Below, one piece after another: positions 62,073-64,000 of a stretch of DNA of 64,000 nucleotides. A program made the position numbers and the translations under genes. Source of the DNA: Dictyostelium discoideum (taxonomy: Eukaryota); assembly GCA_000004695.1 (NCBI GenBank), contig CM000153.2, positions 992,001-1,056,000 of the forward strand. Direction: 5' to 3'. Below the pieces are notes generated by a model, which had not been told where the DNA came from, ran no database searches, and worked only from the letters and a program-made list of their open reading frames with translations. How positions within the stretch are numbered: the stretch's first letter is position 1; every line of letters starts with the position of its first letter.

Positions 62073-62533
62073 TAAATTTGCATTACTATTCAAATTTTGT
62101 TGAATAGCAGCCAAAGTATTTGTTACAGAAATGGTGGTTGTGGTGGTGGTGGTTGATGATGATGATGATGATGAGTTAGAAGTGGTGTTGGTAGTATTTT
62201 CAATTAAAACATTTTGTTGTTTTGGAGAGGATGAAGGTGAAATTAAACCGGTTGAACTAGTATTATTATTATTGGTTTGAGTAGAAAAACAAGAACTATC
62301 TTCATCAAGCAAATGTGAAGAAAATTTTGTGAAATCCAAACAAGTTCTAGAACGTTTACCGGTTTGTTGACTATTACTGATACTATTAAAAATAGCTGAT
62401 GAGTTTGGTGAGTGAAATGATAATTTACTTGGAGTTTTATATGGTGATCCTGAAATTTGATCTAAACTAGTATTTGGTGAATCATCTCTATCTTCACTGG
62501 TTGATTGATTATTTAAATTATTACTATTGGTTC

Positions 62534-62627
<94 letters not shown>

Positions 62628-63102
62628 TATATTATTAAAAATTCTATTTACAAGTGGAGTTGGTACCATTGGTGATAATTCAGGACTTGATGGGTAATAT
62701 TGTTGTTGATAAGGTGAAAGAAAAGATAAAGAAGATTGAGAACGTTCACGAGTTTGAACTATTGGAATTGATTGAGATGGTGATGATGATGGTGAGTTGT
62801 GATGTTGTCTCATTGAACTTACGAGTAAAGGTGGATTTAAAAGTACAGTGGCAGATCTACCCAAATGTAGGTAGGTTGTAGAGTTTGTTGCATTCAATGA
62901 TGATGATAATGATAGTGATAATGATGGATTAATTGGTGTTGGTGTTGGTCTAACCAATTGAATTGGTGTTGGTGGTGTATCATCCTCATCATCCTCACCT
63001 CCTTCCTCATCTGATAAACATAATGATCTATTATAACTATATTCTTTAACTGGTGTACTAATCAATACAATTGATTCATCATTAATTGAAATGTTACTAT
63101 TA

Positions 63103-63181
<79 letters not shown>

Positions 63182-63323
63182 TTTCTAATAGAGAAAATAA
63201 TGATGGAGCTGAAGAAGATAACATTTGTGGTGGTAATGAATTTGAACTATTAAATTTATGTGGAATTGAATTTGAAGATAATGAATGAGCAACTGTTGGA
63301 ATTGTTGGTCTATCTTGATTTAA

Positions 63324-63392
<69 letters not shown>

Positions 63393-63767
63393 AATAGTCA
63401 TATTGTTATTTTCAACACTATTTGAACTTTTACCATCAAAAGTTGAAGATTCATCAGTTGACTTAGTATTATTATTTTTATTTTTATTATCATTGGTGGT
63501 GGTATCAATATCAAATTGATGAAAATCTGAAATACAAAAAGTTTTAGATCTATAAGTCATAACATCTGGATCGCTCATACCCAAAAATGTTGATAAATCA
63601 GTGGTTGATCTTGAGTGTTTTGGTGAATCGGCATGTAAAGAGAGACTATAAAAGTTTTTTGATAAAATTTGAGAATTTCTCTGTTTTTTTTGTGGATTTT
63701 CACCATTATTGGTATTATTATTATTATTATTAATATTATTGGTATTAATATTATTATTGCTATTATC

Positions 63768-63824
<57 letters not shown>

Positions 63825-64000
63825 TATACTATTATTAGAGGAAATAGTATTTGACGCTATTAAATTTGGATCCTCTAAAAAAGTTGAGGAACTTGGAGTT
63901 GAAATTTCACTACTACATGAACTACTTGAGTTTGAGTGAAATCTTGGGGAAACACCACGTGGTGATAGTGGCCTAAAGCCAATTGAAAAAATATTATTAT
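61164..64000 (-). CDS. Cdc25-like M-phase inducer phosphatase with a rhodanese/CDC25 catalytic domain at the C-terminus. It is 5'-partial, and the ORF remains open to the window edge.
   Basis: The C-terminus carries the HCEFSSKRAP active-site signature (CX5R) within a rhodanese fold, [20 protein letters not shown]. The frame is open upstream of the track's TTG 'start' at 63584, through poly-N, to beyond 63999. The true start is therefore outside the window or in an upstream exon. Confidence 0.7.

Overview
This is AT-rich (~75-80% A+T) eukaryotic nuclear DNA with all the hallmarks of a Dictyostelium-type social amoeba genome. Coding regions carry long Asn/Gln/Ser/Thr homopolymer tracts encoded by AAT/CAA/ACA runs. 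Introns are short and AT-rich, with GTAAGT or GTATGT donors, (Y)nAG acceptors and A-rich pre-ATG context, and intergenic DNA is mostly poly(A)/poly(T). It is not prokaryotic, and I found no CRISPR arrays, rRNA genes or convincing tRNA genes. The supplied ORF track calls GTG and TTG as 'M', so I rebuilt exon-intron structures by hand, checking splice phase and reading frame across each junction. I can support about 28 protein-coding genes. Those with recognisable families are: IMP dehydrogenase, a TKL-type kinase, an LMBR1-family membrane protein, an oxysterol-binding protein, a GPCR-PIP kinase fusion (RpkA-like), an NRDE2-like HAT-repeat protein, an SDR, a COX5B-like protein, an RDM1-like protein, a mitochondrial carrier, TIM14/PAM18, URM1, ribosomal protein L26, ATG4, and a Cdc25-like phosphatase cut off at the window edge. 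Accessory-like content includes a head-to-head pair of nearly identical hssA/2C/7E-family small Gly/Ser-rich genes. It also includes a tandem array of three group-II PLP-decarboxylase-like paralogues (two intact, one decayed pseudogene) and a roughly 900-bp compositionally atypical block of broken ORFs. Other features worth a look are a perfect 29-bp inverted repeat, several GC-containing palindromic islands in promoters, and two G-depleted blocks, one of them the L26 intron. All product assignments come from motifs I recognised by eye. No database search was possible.
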